From positions 95,852,001 through 95,916,000 of the forward strand of contig OZ024746.1 of the NCBI GenBank assembly GCA_964016885.1: a stretch of 64,000 bases of DNA. Reading direction: 5' to 3'. A model generated the notes under the pieces. The model was not told the DNA's origin and did not search any database. It saw only the letters and a list, made by a program, of their open reading frames with translations. Below are positions 45,001 to 54,962 of this stretch, one piece after another. The DNA comes from Eledone cirrhosa. Lineage: Eukaryota. The first letter of the stretch is position 1, and each line of letters begins with the position of its first letter. The position numbers were made by a program, and so were the translations under genes.

Positions 45001-48000
45001 TTCACAACCTTTACAGCAAATATCAAGACAACTCACTACAAAGGCTACAGTTCCATTTAAAACAAGAGCGGACAATATCTCACAACCTTTACAATTTCTT
45101 CCAAATGAGACATCAAGTGTTTTATTAACTAAACATTTAACTAGTAGTGAGGACAAAATCCTGCTGATTTCTTCTAGAGATATTAAAATAATTGAAATAA
45201 GTCTGGTTACAGAGAATTTTACTGTGGAAGTGCCAGAAATAACCACAGAAACTGTTCTAATAACAGGACAGCTGAAGTATGTACCACATATTTCCTATGT
45301 TCATGAAAATATGAGTATGTCTGGTTTGGAGACCTCTGATAAAACACAGACAATGTTTGTGGGGTCAAGGAAGACAATAGCAGCAGTAAAACCATATTTA
45401 GAACCATATATTTCTGTTAAATCTGGTATTTTCTACAGTATTTTGATATCAACTGATGCAACACATTTAAGAGAAATATCCAGCAAGGAAAGGAAAAGTT
45501 CAGTTGAAGCAATGGACTTTAAAATATCATTACAACCCCTGAATGTGACCTTATACCAAACTGATGTCTTAACAACAGCAACTCCACTCAACGTGACCTT
45601 ATACCGAAGTGATGTCTTAACAACAGCAGCTACACTCACAACTGCTCCACTCACGACAACTGCTCCACTCACAACAACAGCTCCACTCAATGTGACCTTA
45701 TACCAAACTGATATCTTAATAACAACAGCTCCACTCAATGTGACCTTATACCAAACCGATATCTTAATAACAACAGCTACACTCAATGTGACATTATACC
45801 AAAGTGATATCTTAATAACAACAGCTCCACTGAATGTGACCTTATACAAAAGTGATGTCTTAACAACAGCAGCTCCACTCACAACAGCCACTCCAGTCAC
45901 AACAGAAGCTCCACTCACAACAACAGCTACACTCAATGTTACCTTATACCAAACTGATATCTTAACAAAAACAGTTCCACTCACGACAACTGCTCTACTC
46001 ACAACAGCTCCACTCAATGTGACCTTATACCAAACTGATATCTCAACAACAGCTACACTCAATTTGACAGCTCCACTCACAATTTCTCCATTCAATGTGA
46101 GTATATACCAAACTAATATTTCAACTACAGAAGCTCCACTCATAACAGCAGTTACATTCACAACTGCTCCACTCAATTTGACCTTATACAAAACTAATAT
46201 CTTAACAACAGCAGCTCCACTCATGACAACTTCTCCACTCTCAACAACAGATACACTCACAACAGCTCCACTCAATGTGACCTTATACCAAACAGATATC
46301 TTAACGACAACAGCTACACTCAATGTGACCTTATACAAAACTGATATCTTAACAACTACTCCACTCACAACAACTGTTCCACTTAATGTGACCTTATATC
46401 AAACTGATATCTTAACAACAACAGCCACACTCACAACAGTAGCTACACCCACAAAAGCAGCTACACTCACAAAAACAGCTCCACTCACAACAACATCTCC
46501 ACTCACAACAACAGCTCCACTCACAACTACTCCACTCAATGGGAGTATGTACCAAACTAATATTTCAACTACAGAAGCTCCACTCACAACAGCAGCTACA
46601 CTCACAACAACAGCTCCACTCAATGTGACCTTATACCAAACTGATATCTTAACAACAGCAGCTCCACTTACAACTGCTCCACTCACAACAACAGCCCCAC
46701 TCACAACAGCTTCACTCACAACAGCTTCACTCACAACAACTTCACTCACAACAACAGCTCCACTTACAACTGCTCCACTCAATGTGAGTGTATATCAAAC
46801 TAATATTTCAACTACAGAAGCTCCACTCACTACAGCTTCACTCACAACAACAGCTGCACTCACAACAACAGCTTCACTCACAACAACAGCTCCACTCACA
46901 ACAACAGCTGCACTCACAACAACAGCTTCACTCACAATAACAGTTCCACTCACAACAACAGTTGCACTCACAACAACAGCTTCACTCACAACAACAGCTC
47001 AACTCACAACAACAGCTCCACTCACAACAACAGCTCCACTCACAACAACAGTTCCACTCACAACAACAGCTCCACTCACAACAACAGCTCCACTCACAAC
47101 AACAGCTCCACTCACAACAACAGTTCCACTCACAACAACAGCTCCACTCACAACAACAGCTCCAATCAATGTGAGCTTATATGAAACTGATATCTTAACA
47201 ACAACAGCTCCACTCACAATAACAGCTCCACTCACAACAACAGCTCCTCCACTCAATGTGAGTGTGCATCAACCTAATATTTCCACCACAATGGCTACCA
47301 CTAAAATAACTACAAGACACTTTATAACATCAAAGCCACAGATATTAAAATATTCTGCTACAACTTTATATAATGATACCACTGTATATTATAGTAAAGC
47401 TAGGGATGTGATAACATATACAGATAGTGAGATATATAGTTATACCACTGTATATTATAGTAAAGCTAGGGATGTGATAACATATACAGATAGTGAGATA
47501 TATAGTTATACCACTGTATATTATAGTAAAGCTAGGGATGTGATAACATATACAGATAGTGAGATATATAGTCTGATAGATAACACAACTTTTATATATC
47601 GCCTTAGTGATAATACGACCTTGACTTATGGTGTTTCAGATAGTACGACCTTGACTTATGGTGTTTCAGATAATAGGACCTTGACTTATGGTGTTATAGA
47701 TAATAGGACCTTGACTTATGGTGTTACAGATAATACGACCTTGACTTATGGTGTTATAGATAATAGGACCTTGACTTATGGGATTACAGATAATATGACC
47801 TTGACTTATGGTGTTATAGATAATAGGACCTTGACTTATGGGATTCCAGATAATACGACCTTGACTTATGGTGTTATAGATAATAGGACCTTGACTTATG
47901 GTGTTATAGATAATACGACCTTGACTTATGGTGTTTCAGATAATAGGACATTGACTTATGGTGTTATAGATAATACGACCTTGACTTATGGGATTACAGA

Positions 48001-49322
48001 TAATACGACCTTGACTTATGGTGTTATAGATAATACGACCTTGACTTATGGGATTACAGATAATACGACCTTGACTTATGGGATTCCAGATAATACGACC
48101 TTGACTTATGGTGTTATAGATAATAGGACATTGACTTATGGTATTATAGATAATACGACCTTGACTTATGGTGTTTCAGATAATAGGACATTGACTTATG
48201 GTGTTATAGATAATACGACCTTGACTTATGGGATTACAGATGGATTTCACAAATATAATAAAACAATTAGTTTTGTAAATGGTACAATATCTTCTGTAGA
48301 TATCACAACTTCTAAATCTAATGAAACATATAGATTTGTAGATATAACAACATATTCTTATAGATTTAAAGATAATATTAGTTATACTGTAGATTTTATA
48401 AAAACAACTATTAAATCTTCTGATACATCTATATTTTCCGTAACTTCTACACAAAGCAGCATCTTAGAATACTCATGGGTAGCTTTAAATATTACAAGTT
48501 CCTCTTTATTCAAATTAACTAGTTATTTGTCAGAATTCAATAAAACAACTCAAAGGCCTAGTAGAATATTATCTGATGCTTATTTAACCACAGTTTCACT
48601 GTTGTATGATGACTCTAGGAAAACAGTTAAGAGTTATGATACAGAAAGCCAAACCCAAAAGCTTAAAAGCTTTCTTTATCATACACCATTACATAATAGA
48701 TCTACTACTGAACATTTTATTTCAAAAACTACTGATAGTTTAAGAGGTGAAAATATTACTATTGTATCAGATCCCACTTTTATTGGTCATTTGCTAGTAA
48801 GTACTTTATTAAAAACAGAATATACTAAAACATCTCACCAACCTCTGCTAAGTTCTGGCATAAGATTATTGGACCAAGTCTATAAATCCACACAAATATA
48901 TTCAGGGAATGTTTCCGATATTTCTTCTGCAAAGCCTGTTCCATCAAGTTCCAGTAGGAATGGAACTTTAGAGGCAATGCCAGAAAAAACTTCTGTATTT
49001 TTTTATGTAAAACATTCATTGAAACCAAAACTAGAAAATCACACTTCTTCCCCATTTATGAAAGGTTACAGCTCAATACAACCAGAACACATCTCAACTG
49101 ATGCCCTATATACAAATACTATTGACTTACTATCAACAGCTGACAAAACTGTAACTGTTATACCGGTGTCTTTTACAATAGATACTAGCTTGGAATCAGC
49201 AGTGACACCTACTGTTAGCCAACATATCACCATCACTTCAGAAACTGCTACTACAACTTATAATCTGATAACAAATGGTAGTTATATACCAAAACTGACA
49301 ACTCCATTTGTTAAAGAAACAG
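2..49322 (+). CDS. Giant internal coding exon (>=49.3 kb, 5'-truncated by window) of a mucin-like protein; Thr/Ser/Pro-rich tandem-repeat stalk
   Basis: Frame +2 is open from base 2 (PIVRTTKLEDSTEKAITMK...) through ORF 53..49333. It ends at ACAG|GTAAGA (GT at 49323-49324, phase 1), three codons before the ORF stop. All repeat-unit indels keep the frame, and the phase matches the next exon. Confidence 0.88.
830..4920 (+). repeat. Coding tandem array, 45 bp / 15 aa (TSGDITAVSTIPDHV); homogeneous to ~3800, then degenerate
   Basis: Unit gacatctggagatataacagcagttagtactataccagaccatgt is directly visible. Confidence 0.97.
5620..6065 (+). repeat. Short coding array based on an 11-aa unit (PTLSDITTAIS) alternating with ISSVIDK segments
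   Basis: Repeated accaacattatcagatataacaac segments. Confidence 0.85.
9100..9830 (+). repeat. Coding array, 45 bp / 15 aa (TSGDIATGVTIPDYI)
   Basis: Repeated ccagactatattacatctggagatatagcaactggtgtgacaata. Confidence 0.93.
13220..14665 (+). repeat. Coding array, 21 bp / 7 aa (EQITSLP/EQVTSLS)
   Basis: Repeated agaacagataacatctctgcc. Confidence 0.96.
15029..15170 (+). repeat. Three near-identical 45-bp copies (RHVASQDMANITSIT)
   Basis: Direct triplication visible in DNA and protein. Confidence 0.92.
16030..20736 (+). repeat. Coding array, 45 bp / 15 aa (TSGDTTTVTAISDHV, with AVSR/AISG variants), very homogeneous
   Basis: Repeated aacatctggagatacaacaacagtcactgctatatcagaccatgt, about 100 units. 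Confidence 0.98.
21635..25795 (+). repeat. Coding array, 45 bp / 15 aa (STDTPDVSTVHSDII)
   Basis: Repeated tctacagacacaccagatgtcagtactgtacacagtgatataata, with a 225-bp higher-order unit near the 3' end. Confidence 0.97.
33238..33680 (+). repeat. Coding array, 18-19 aa (DISPVYSTLNYTDITDIPK) carrying NYT/NYS sequons
   Basis: Repeated gatatatccccagtctattctacattaaactacacagatatta. Confidence 0.9.
34613..35601 (+). repeat. Coding array, 39 bp / 13 aa (TDISPQGTYYSTV)
   Basis: Repeated gacagatatatcaccccaggggacatattactctacagt, with a 345-bp higher-order duplication. Confidence 0.96.
37945..39790 (+). repeat. Coding array, 42 bp / 14 aa (YPLNTTASAIHTSM), N-glycosylation sequon in nearly every unit
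   Basis: Repeated tacccattaaatacaacagcatcagccatacatacatccatg. Confidence 0.96.
39782..40090 (+). repeat. Coding array, 60 bp / 20 aa x5 (VDIYTSTYPSHMSTLYTPAA)
   Basis: Five consecutive 60-column lines align. Confidence 0.94.
40136..41700 (+). repeat. Coding array, 15 bp / 5 aa (MSTTD/MSTPD)
   Basis: Repeated atgtcaacaacagat, about 100 units, with a 285-bp higher-order duplication. Confidence 0.97.
41693..42625 (+). repeat. Coding array, 42 bp / 14 aa (MSTPDIPTSMYPTN)
   Basis: Repeated atgtcaacaccagatatacctacatctatgtaccctacaaat. Confidence 0.94.
43709..44025 (+). repeat. Coding array, 42 bp / 14 aa (DISLYSSHTPIYPR)
   Basis: Repeated gatatctcattatattcttcacatacaccaatttatccaagg. Confidence 0.92.
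44858..45092 (+). repeat. Three copies of a basic 78-bp / 26-aa unit (QQISRQ.TTKATVPFKTR.DSISQPL)
   Basis: Visible triplication. Confidence 0.88.
45535..47275 (+). repeat. Composite array of TTTAPL hexapeptides and LNVTLYQTDIL units
   Basis: Repeated acaacaacagctccactc and ctcaatgtgaccttataccaaactgatatc. Confidence 0.93.
47378..47572 (+). repeat. Three copies of a 66-bp / 22-aa unit (TTVYYSKARDVITYTDSEIYSY)
   Basis: Essentially identical triplication. Confidence 0.93.
47609..48241 (+). repeat. Coding array, 30 bp / 10 aa (DN[T/R/M]TLTYGV[I/S/T])
   Basis: Repeated gataatacgaccttgacttatggtgttata, about 21 units. Confidence 0.96.
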
Positions 49323-49412
49323 GTAAGAATTAGCTGGTGATTTTAAATGTTATATTATGAAGGTGGTTCAAATTTAAGAGGGATTAAATTAAAGATTTAT
49401 ATTATACATACA

Positions 49413-49415
<3 letters not shown>

Positions 49416-49455
<40 letters not shown>

Positions 49456-49461
49456 TATTAT

Positions 49462-49497
<36 letters not shown>
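49416..49497. repeat. (TA)n microsatellite; others include (TA)n ~50478 and ~53268, (GT)n ~54343, (GTT)n 59540-59800, (CA)n ~61460
   Basis: Directly visible. Confidence 0.95.
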
Positions 49498-49500
<3 letters not shown>

Positions 49501-49602
49501 TTCTAAGAATGTCAACATGAATGGGCCTGTTATTTTTATCTAAAGACATTTTTTCTAATTCCAACCTGCCTGTCCCTTCAATATATCTTATTTCTCATTC
49601 TT

Positions 49603-49638
49603 TCTTCTGATGAAGGACTAGCGTCCGAAACGTCAAGA
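49603..49638 (+). ncRNA. Minimal type I hammerhead ribozyme motif (Penelope-associated type)
   Basis: tctt-CTGATGA-a-ggac(tagc)gtcc-GAAA-cg-TC-aaga: intact core, 4-bp stem II, and TCTT/AAGA stem I. The tiny palindromic stem III is typical of dimer-acting metazoan minimal HHRs. Confidence 0.8.
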
Positions 49639-49904
49639 CCCTCTCTCTGCTATTTCAAGCGTTAACCTAATATATTCCTTCCATATACTGTACCAATTGT
49701 GTTGTTATTTCTGTTTACCTTTTACATACACATATATATATATATGACAATGTCACTGGACCGAAATCTTTGGCGCTACGCAGTAATACAGAAGACCCGC
49801 CTTGCCTAAGTACAAAGCGAAACCTCCAGTCAGTAGGCACCTCTTAACCAAAATACATCCCGTCCCACTACGCCTACCCCCACCTCCATCTACACCACCC
49901 CTTT

Positions 49905-50192
49905 CGCTGTAAAGTTATGTTGGTACCACAACATCCAGTCCTAAATAAATGAGGTCGTGTAGGTGTCACGACAAAAAAAACACACAGTCCACGCTGTAAT
50001 GTGGCCGTGTAGGTAACACGATAAAAACCTCCCAGTCCACACTGTAAACATGGTTGGTGTTAGGAAGGGCATCCAGCCGTAGAAAACCTGCCAGACAGTC
50101 CTACACGAGCAAGACAACCAATCTTGGGACAATTCCCATCTAAACCCATGTTAGTGTGGAAGATAGACGTTAAACAATGATGATGATGATGA
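49905..50192 (+). mobile_element. SINE-like interspersed repeat (tgtaaa..tggttggtgttaggaagggcatccagccgtagaaa ... gacgttaaa-(gat)n tail)
   Basis: Same family recurs at ~54690-54962 and ~55236-55570; microsatellite tail and internal ~47-bp duplications. Confidence 0.7.
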
Positions 50193-50272
50193 TATATATA
50201 TATATAGTGTAGGTAGTATGGTGAAATACTAGTGTTGGTACCAAATCAAGCACTCTATGCACAGGCAGAGTG

Positions 50273-50473
50273 TATATAATAGAAAAAATGAAGAAGTTTC
50301 GTTTACATACGAAAAATATTTTGTTGCATCACCAGTCTGAGGAGCAGATCGATACTGGAGTCAGGTCCATAACTCCTATGGGTCACCTTGAGCCAATCCT
50401 CTGTGAAACACGTGTAACAGGTTGATACGCAATAAATATTTTTCATATGTAAACGAAACTTCCTTGTTTTTTC

Positions 50474-50482
<9 letters not shown>
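50273..50482 (+). ncRNA. Type I hammerhead motif with long stem II insert, embedded in a ~60-bp-arm fold-back
   Basis: CTGAGGA 50337-50343, stem II gcaga/tctgt, GAAA 50405-50408, palindromic stem III ACACGTGT, UA cleavage site. Flanks agaaaaaatgaagaagtttcgtttacatacgaaaaatattt and aaatatttttcatatgtaaacgaaacttccttgttttttct are inverted repeats. Confidence 0.7.
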
Positions 50483-50522
<40 letters not shown>

Positions 50523-50859
50523 CACACATATATATGTGTGTGTGTATATGTCTAACCCATGCAAAACATGGAAAATAGATGTTAATTGGTGATAATGGTA
50601 TATATATATATATTGTTTCTCTGGCGACCAGCTTGAGGCACGATCGATGTGATGATCGAACCTGACTCTGAAAATCGCAAGGTCCTCAGATACGTCTTGA
50701 TTCTATGAAGCAGATTTTCCTATGAATTTCCATTCGTCGCAACACTGATTCGCTTATTTTTTGTGGTATCATACTCTGCTCTATGAGAGCATTGAGTGCT
50801 CATACGGCCTACCGCATACGGACGTTTTAAGCATCCAACACCAATTATATATATATATC

Positions 50860-51097
50860 ACCTTGATCACCTTGACTGACCAGTCTGTCAGGCGTCCATT
50901 CGGTGCCGCTGGTCAAAGCACGCCGTCCATTCCTCTCTGGATCGGGCTTTCCTCATCCATGTAGTCCCAATCGTATTCCTAAAATCGTAACTCCACCCTC
51001 ATGCGGGTACCACTTGGCAACTGCACGGGTCCACCGATATTCGGTGAACCGGGCAACGTGTCCAGCCCATCTGAACTTGCTGCGCAGATATTCGTGA
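50860..51097 (-). mobile_element. 3' fragment of an RTE-clade LINE
   Basis: Minus strand reads ...SKFRWAGHVARFTEYRWTRAVAKWYP... then (frame break) ...TTWMRKARSREEW..., the typical RTE ORF C-terminus. A short tandem (caaggtgat) tail follows. Confidence 0.8.
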
Positions 51098-51523
51098 TTA
51101 ATATAGAAATGTCTTCTACTGGACTAGAAACCATTTCTATATTAAACATGATGTTTACACTCTACTTATGTATTGAGTACCATACTTACTATGGTTACCC
51201 CCGATTGAACCCAGGTCTCTACATACATACATATATGGTGGCTGCCAACTCGTTTTCGAGTACGGCCACTACTTTATATCCATGTAGGAGAACCCCTACC
51301 GATGCGCTGAACGAGTGTGACTTTTGAGTCCAGCCAGCGACTTGAAAACTCTGGTACAAACACTACACCTGCGACAATTATTGACACATAGTGCTGGGCC
51401 CATGGTACCATGTGACGACAAGTGCAGAGAGATCTCCAGATATAAAGCAATGCCTGTGCCGTGAAGCTTTTATAGTGAGCAACATACATATATACATTCA
51501 TACATACACACATATATATATAT

Positions 51524-51556
<33 letters not shown>

Positions 51557-51682
51557 TGAATACTTTTAGTAATGCTATGAAATAATTGTATTTTCACAGC
51601 ACAATTCGATAATAATCATTTGAAATTTAATTATCCAATGATCACATATATATAGTATAATACTGTTGTGTATGTTTTATAG

Positions 51683-52147
51683 CAATGGTCTCTAACCTTT
51701 TTTATACCACGGACCGGCTTCATGCTCGACAATATTTCCACGGACTGGTAGTTGTGTATATGTGTTATCTAAGTGCATTTTGATAAAGAGAACAACAATT
51801 GTTTCTACTTTTGACACAAGGCCAGCAATTACCCCAGTGCATTACTGGTACTTTATTTTATCGACCCCGCAAGGATGAAAGCAAAGTTAACCTCGGTGGG
51901 ATTTGAACTCAGAATGTTCAAATCCCGCCGAGGTTAACAATAATAAAAACAGTAATTTATTAAAGGGAAGAAAAAGTGTATTGAGTTGATGAATATTGAA
52001 TATTTAAACAAATCTTTCTAAATTAAAGTCCAATATTCAATTTATCTATTATATAATTTTAAACAAGTTAATTATTTTGTTGCGGCCCGGTAGCAAATGA
52101 TACATGGACTGGTACTGGCCCACAGCCTGGTGGTTGGGGGACCTCTG
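51683..52147. mobile_element. hAT-Charlie-type non-autonomous DNA transposon (MER1/Charlie3-like termini) with nested SINE
   Basis: Termini caatggtctctaacctttttt...ccacggaccgg and ...tgcggcccgg...ggttgggggacctctg. Degenerate 8-bp TSD ttttatag/ctttataa. Confidence 0.75.
51796..51915 (-). mobile_element. tRNA-derived SINE fragment (family of 61085-61270) nested in the hAT MITE
   Basis: Reverse complement matches ctgagttcaaatcc...aactttgcctttcatcct..cggggtcgataaaataaagtaccagt...gctggccttgtg. Confidence 0.78.
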
Positions 52148-52907
52148 CTTTATAAGATTTACTTGTTATATTACAGTTCTGTAACTCTAATAAAAATCTA
52201 TAGATGCAGGCACTGCTGTGTGGATAAGGAATCTGCTTGGCTACAACATAATTCTGGCTTGACAAATGCCTTGCGAGTGGGATTTACTGGACGGAAATTA
52301 CAGAAACCCATTTTATATATCATCATCATCATCATTTTACATCCGCTTTCTTTGCTGGCAATATTTGAACAGGTCATCATAATCCAAGGCTAGATGATAT
52401 ATATATAAATGTATATATATATATATATAAGTGTATATATAGTATATTTGGCAATATACTGTATGTTTAATTAAAAACATTTTGAAGACCATTCGCTATG
52501 AGTTTTAAAGAGGTGACTATGTCACTTACTTATTTTCGGTAAAAAAAATTGAAGAATGATCAACAGTCTGTTTCTCGCTTGTTAGCGTTTATCAAGACCT
52601 CTCACTCCTTTGCTTCTGTAGAGAATTATAGAAGCTGGATTCTTATAGAATTCCAGTAATATTTAGGAGCAGATTAAACAGCGATTACTGGTCCAGCAAA
52701 AATTAGGTATTAGTATTGGTGCTCTGAAATAGTGATGTATATATGAATGTATGTATAGTATATTTGGCAATATACTGTATATATATATAAATATATATAT
52801 ATAATATATATATATATAAATAAAATATAGAGTTAATAACTCATATAGATACCCTGCAATTAACAAGCTCAAAGTATAAATACTGAGCATTATAATATTA
52901 ATGTGTG

Positions 52908-53004
52908 TAGAAGTAAACATAGTAAACCCATGTCTAAAATTACGAGGGTAGATTACTAATCTACCCTCGTAATTTTAGACACAGGTTTACTGTATTTACT
53001 TCTA
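52908..53004. repeat. 97-bp near-perfect palindrome (48-bp arms, 1-nt spacer)
   Basis: ...tgtctaaaattacgagggtagatta-c-taatctaccctcgtaattttagaca...; four mismatches, all in the outer half. Confidence 0.92.
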
Positions 53005-53160
53005 TATATATATGATTATGTCAAAGAATGAGTTTTACAGTAGATTGGAAGCACTCAACATAAAATAATTTTCAGGAGTTATTAATATTAAAATATAAGT
53101 ATTAATAAAATACTACCTTGATTAAATCTTAACCATTTAACATCTCAGGGTATGTCATGT

Positions 53161-53230
53161 ATCATTATATTTTGTCTGATGAGGACGTACTGTTGTACAT
53201 CCGAAATATGTATAATAAAATGTAATTGAT
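53161..53230 (+). ncRNA. Type I hammerhead ribozyme motif
   Basis: attatattttgt-CTGATGA-ggacgtac(tgtt)gtacatcc-GAAA-tatgta-TA-ataaaatgtaat. Stem I is 12 bp with two G-U pairs; stem II is 8 bp with one mismatch. Confidence 0.75.
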
Positions 53231-53261
53231 CAAAAGATCATCTATTTTATTAATACTTATA

Positions 53262-53306
<45 letters not shown>

Positions 53307-53386
53307 CAAAAACACCGAAGATTCAAAGCATTATCAAACTGACATATGTTTCTGCCAGCTTAAAAATTTCCACTCTTCGGCCATAA

Positions 53387-53937
53387 TCTATATATCTAAA
53401 ACAGAGAATGTCTGTCGGTCTGTCTGTCTGACTCCCTAACCACCCAACCGATTGTTTTCAAACTTTACACATGTAATACTTATGGTCCTGTGAGTGTTCT
53501 GAGCAAAAATATATTTCAAATTTTCAATGCCCTAGGGGCCGCATTAGGCGATTTAGCGATCTCTCTCTATAATTCTTAGTCTTTCTTTTTAGATAGATAC
53601 ATAGATATAACGTTCCGCCCTTATAATATCTGTCTGTATGTCTGGCTGTCTGCATTACGACATTATGACGCTGTGTGTGTATGTATATATATGTATATAA
53701 GTGTGTGTATATATATAGTGTGTAACATTTTTCGAAATATTTACTTCTGCATTCACAGATTGATTTTTTTAGTTTCAGAAGATCCCGTTAAGGGTGAAAG
53801 CAGCGATTCTTTGCTTAAACTTTAATCTATTATCACAATAACAAAATATAAACAAACGTATTTATGAAACTCAATAAGGATAAATATATATAAGAACCCT
53901 AGAGCAAATCCCGAGTAACGCCGGGCCATTCTGCTAG
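53387..53937 (+). mobile_element. Non-autonomous Helitron
   Basis: 5' A|TCTATATATCTAAAA followed by (GTCT)n. 3' GC-rich hairpin cccgagtaacgccggg just before CTAG|T. Inserted in an AT dinucleotide with no TSD. Confidence 0.78.
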
Positions 53938-54082
53938 TATAATTCTAAAATATTATAATTTTATAACTTAACCAAACATACATCAGTTTGATAATGTTTT
54001 GAATCTTCAGTGATTTTGAAATTAATATATAACAGTTCTGCGTGACTGCCATTCCACCTGGAAATATTTTGACTCAAATCTA

Positions 54083-54171
54083 CACATCTGATGAGCAGAT
54101 CAATACTCGAGTCAGGTCTATTGTATTGATTAAGTCCTAGAGCTAACCATCTGTGAAACACATGTCATATT
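54083..54171 (+). ncRNA. Degenerate hammerhead motif, same family as the 50337 copy
   Basis: CTGATGA 54088-54094, gcagat/atctgt stem II, GAAA-cacatg-TC. Shares gagcagatc.atact.gagtcaggtc with the 50337 copy; stem I is weak. Confidence 0.6.
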
Positions 54172-54340
54172 CTACTTCATTCTTTCATGCATGTCAAAAC
54201 TCTATAACTACAAATATGTAATACACTGATACCATGCAAAGAACACAATTTCTGTTAGACTCACCCTGTTTAAGTAGTAGCATTGGGTGCTCGTATTGGT
54301 ATGGCCTACTATGATTAATAAACATTACTAAATATCCTAC

Positions 54341-54402
<62 letters not shown>

Positions 54403-54689
54403 ATATATATTGAAAAGAAAGCAAGGTTTCAGATTAAGATCTTTATTGATTATACACAGTTACCTCTGGTGCTATGCACTACTACAGAAACCCACCCTCC
54501 CATATGCTTGAGTTGAGGCATATATCTAATAGGCAATGCCTTCCTCTACCATTTCCCCTCCCATGCACCTCCATTTGCTGTAACCATTCCTCCCCTATTA
54601 CCTATGTCCTGAATTTTCCTAAGGATCCTCACCCACCCCCTAGTTCCCATCCCACACCATGTAGTGCCTCCCCCCCCATGTATCAAGAA

Positions 54690-54962
54690 GACAAAAGCAT
54701 CCAGTCTACACAGTAAAGTGGTTGTGTCAGCGACATGACAAAAAGTGCCCAGTCCACATTGTAATGTGGTCGTGTAGGTGATATGACAAAAAGCACCCAG
54801 CACACACTGTAAGTATGGTTGGTGTTAGGAAGGGCATTCAGCTGTAGAAGCCAAGCCAAAATCAGCCCCAGGTGGGCAAAACTTGGTCTTCTGACCTGAT
54901 TCATCCTATGCATGCTAGTGTGTAAAATGGACGTTAAATGATGATGATGGTGATGATGATGA
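54690..54962 (+). mobile_element. SINE-like repeat, same family as 49905-50192
   Basis: ggttggtgttaggaagggcattcagctgtagaa ... ggacgttaaatgatgatgatg. Confidence 0.7.

Noticed and set aside
830-48241. CRISPR-like arrays or a prokaryotic giant adhesin
   Set aside because: The repeats are head-to-tail with no unique spacers, and there are no cas genes. Spliceosomal introns, SINEs and microsatellites show the DNA is eukaryotic.
53995-54015. Minus-strand CTGAAGA as a fifth hammerhead
   Set aside because: No stem II or GAAA follows; it belongs to an inverted repeat instead.
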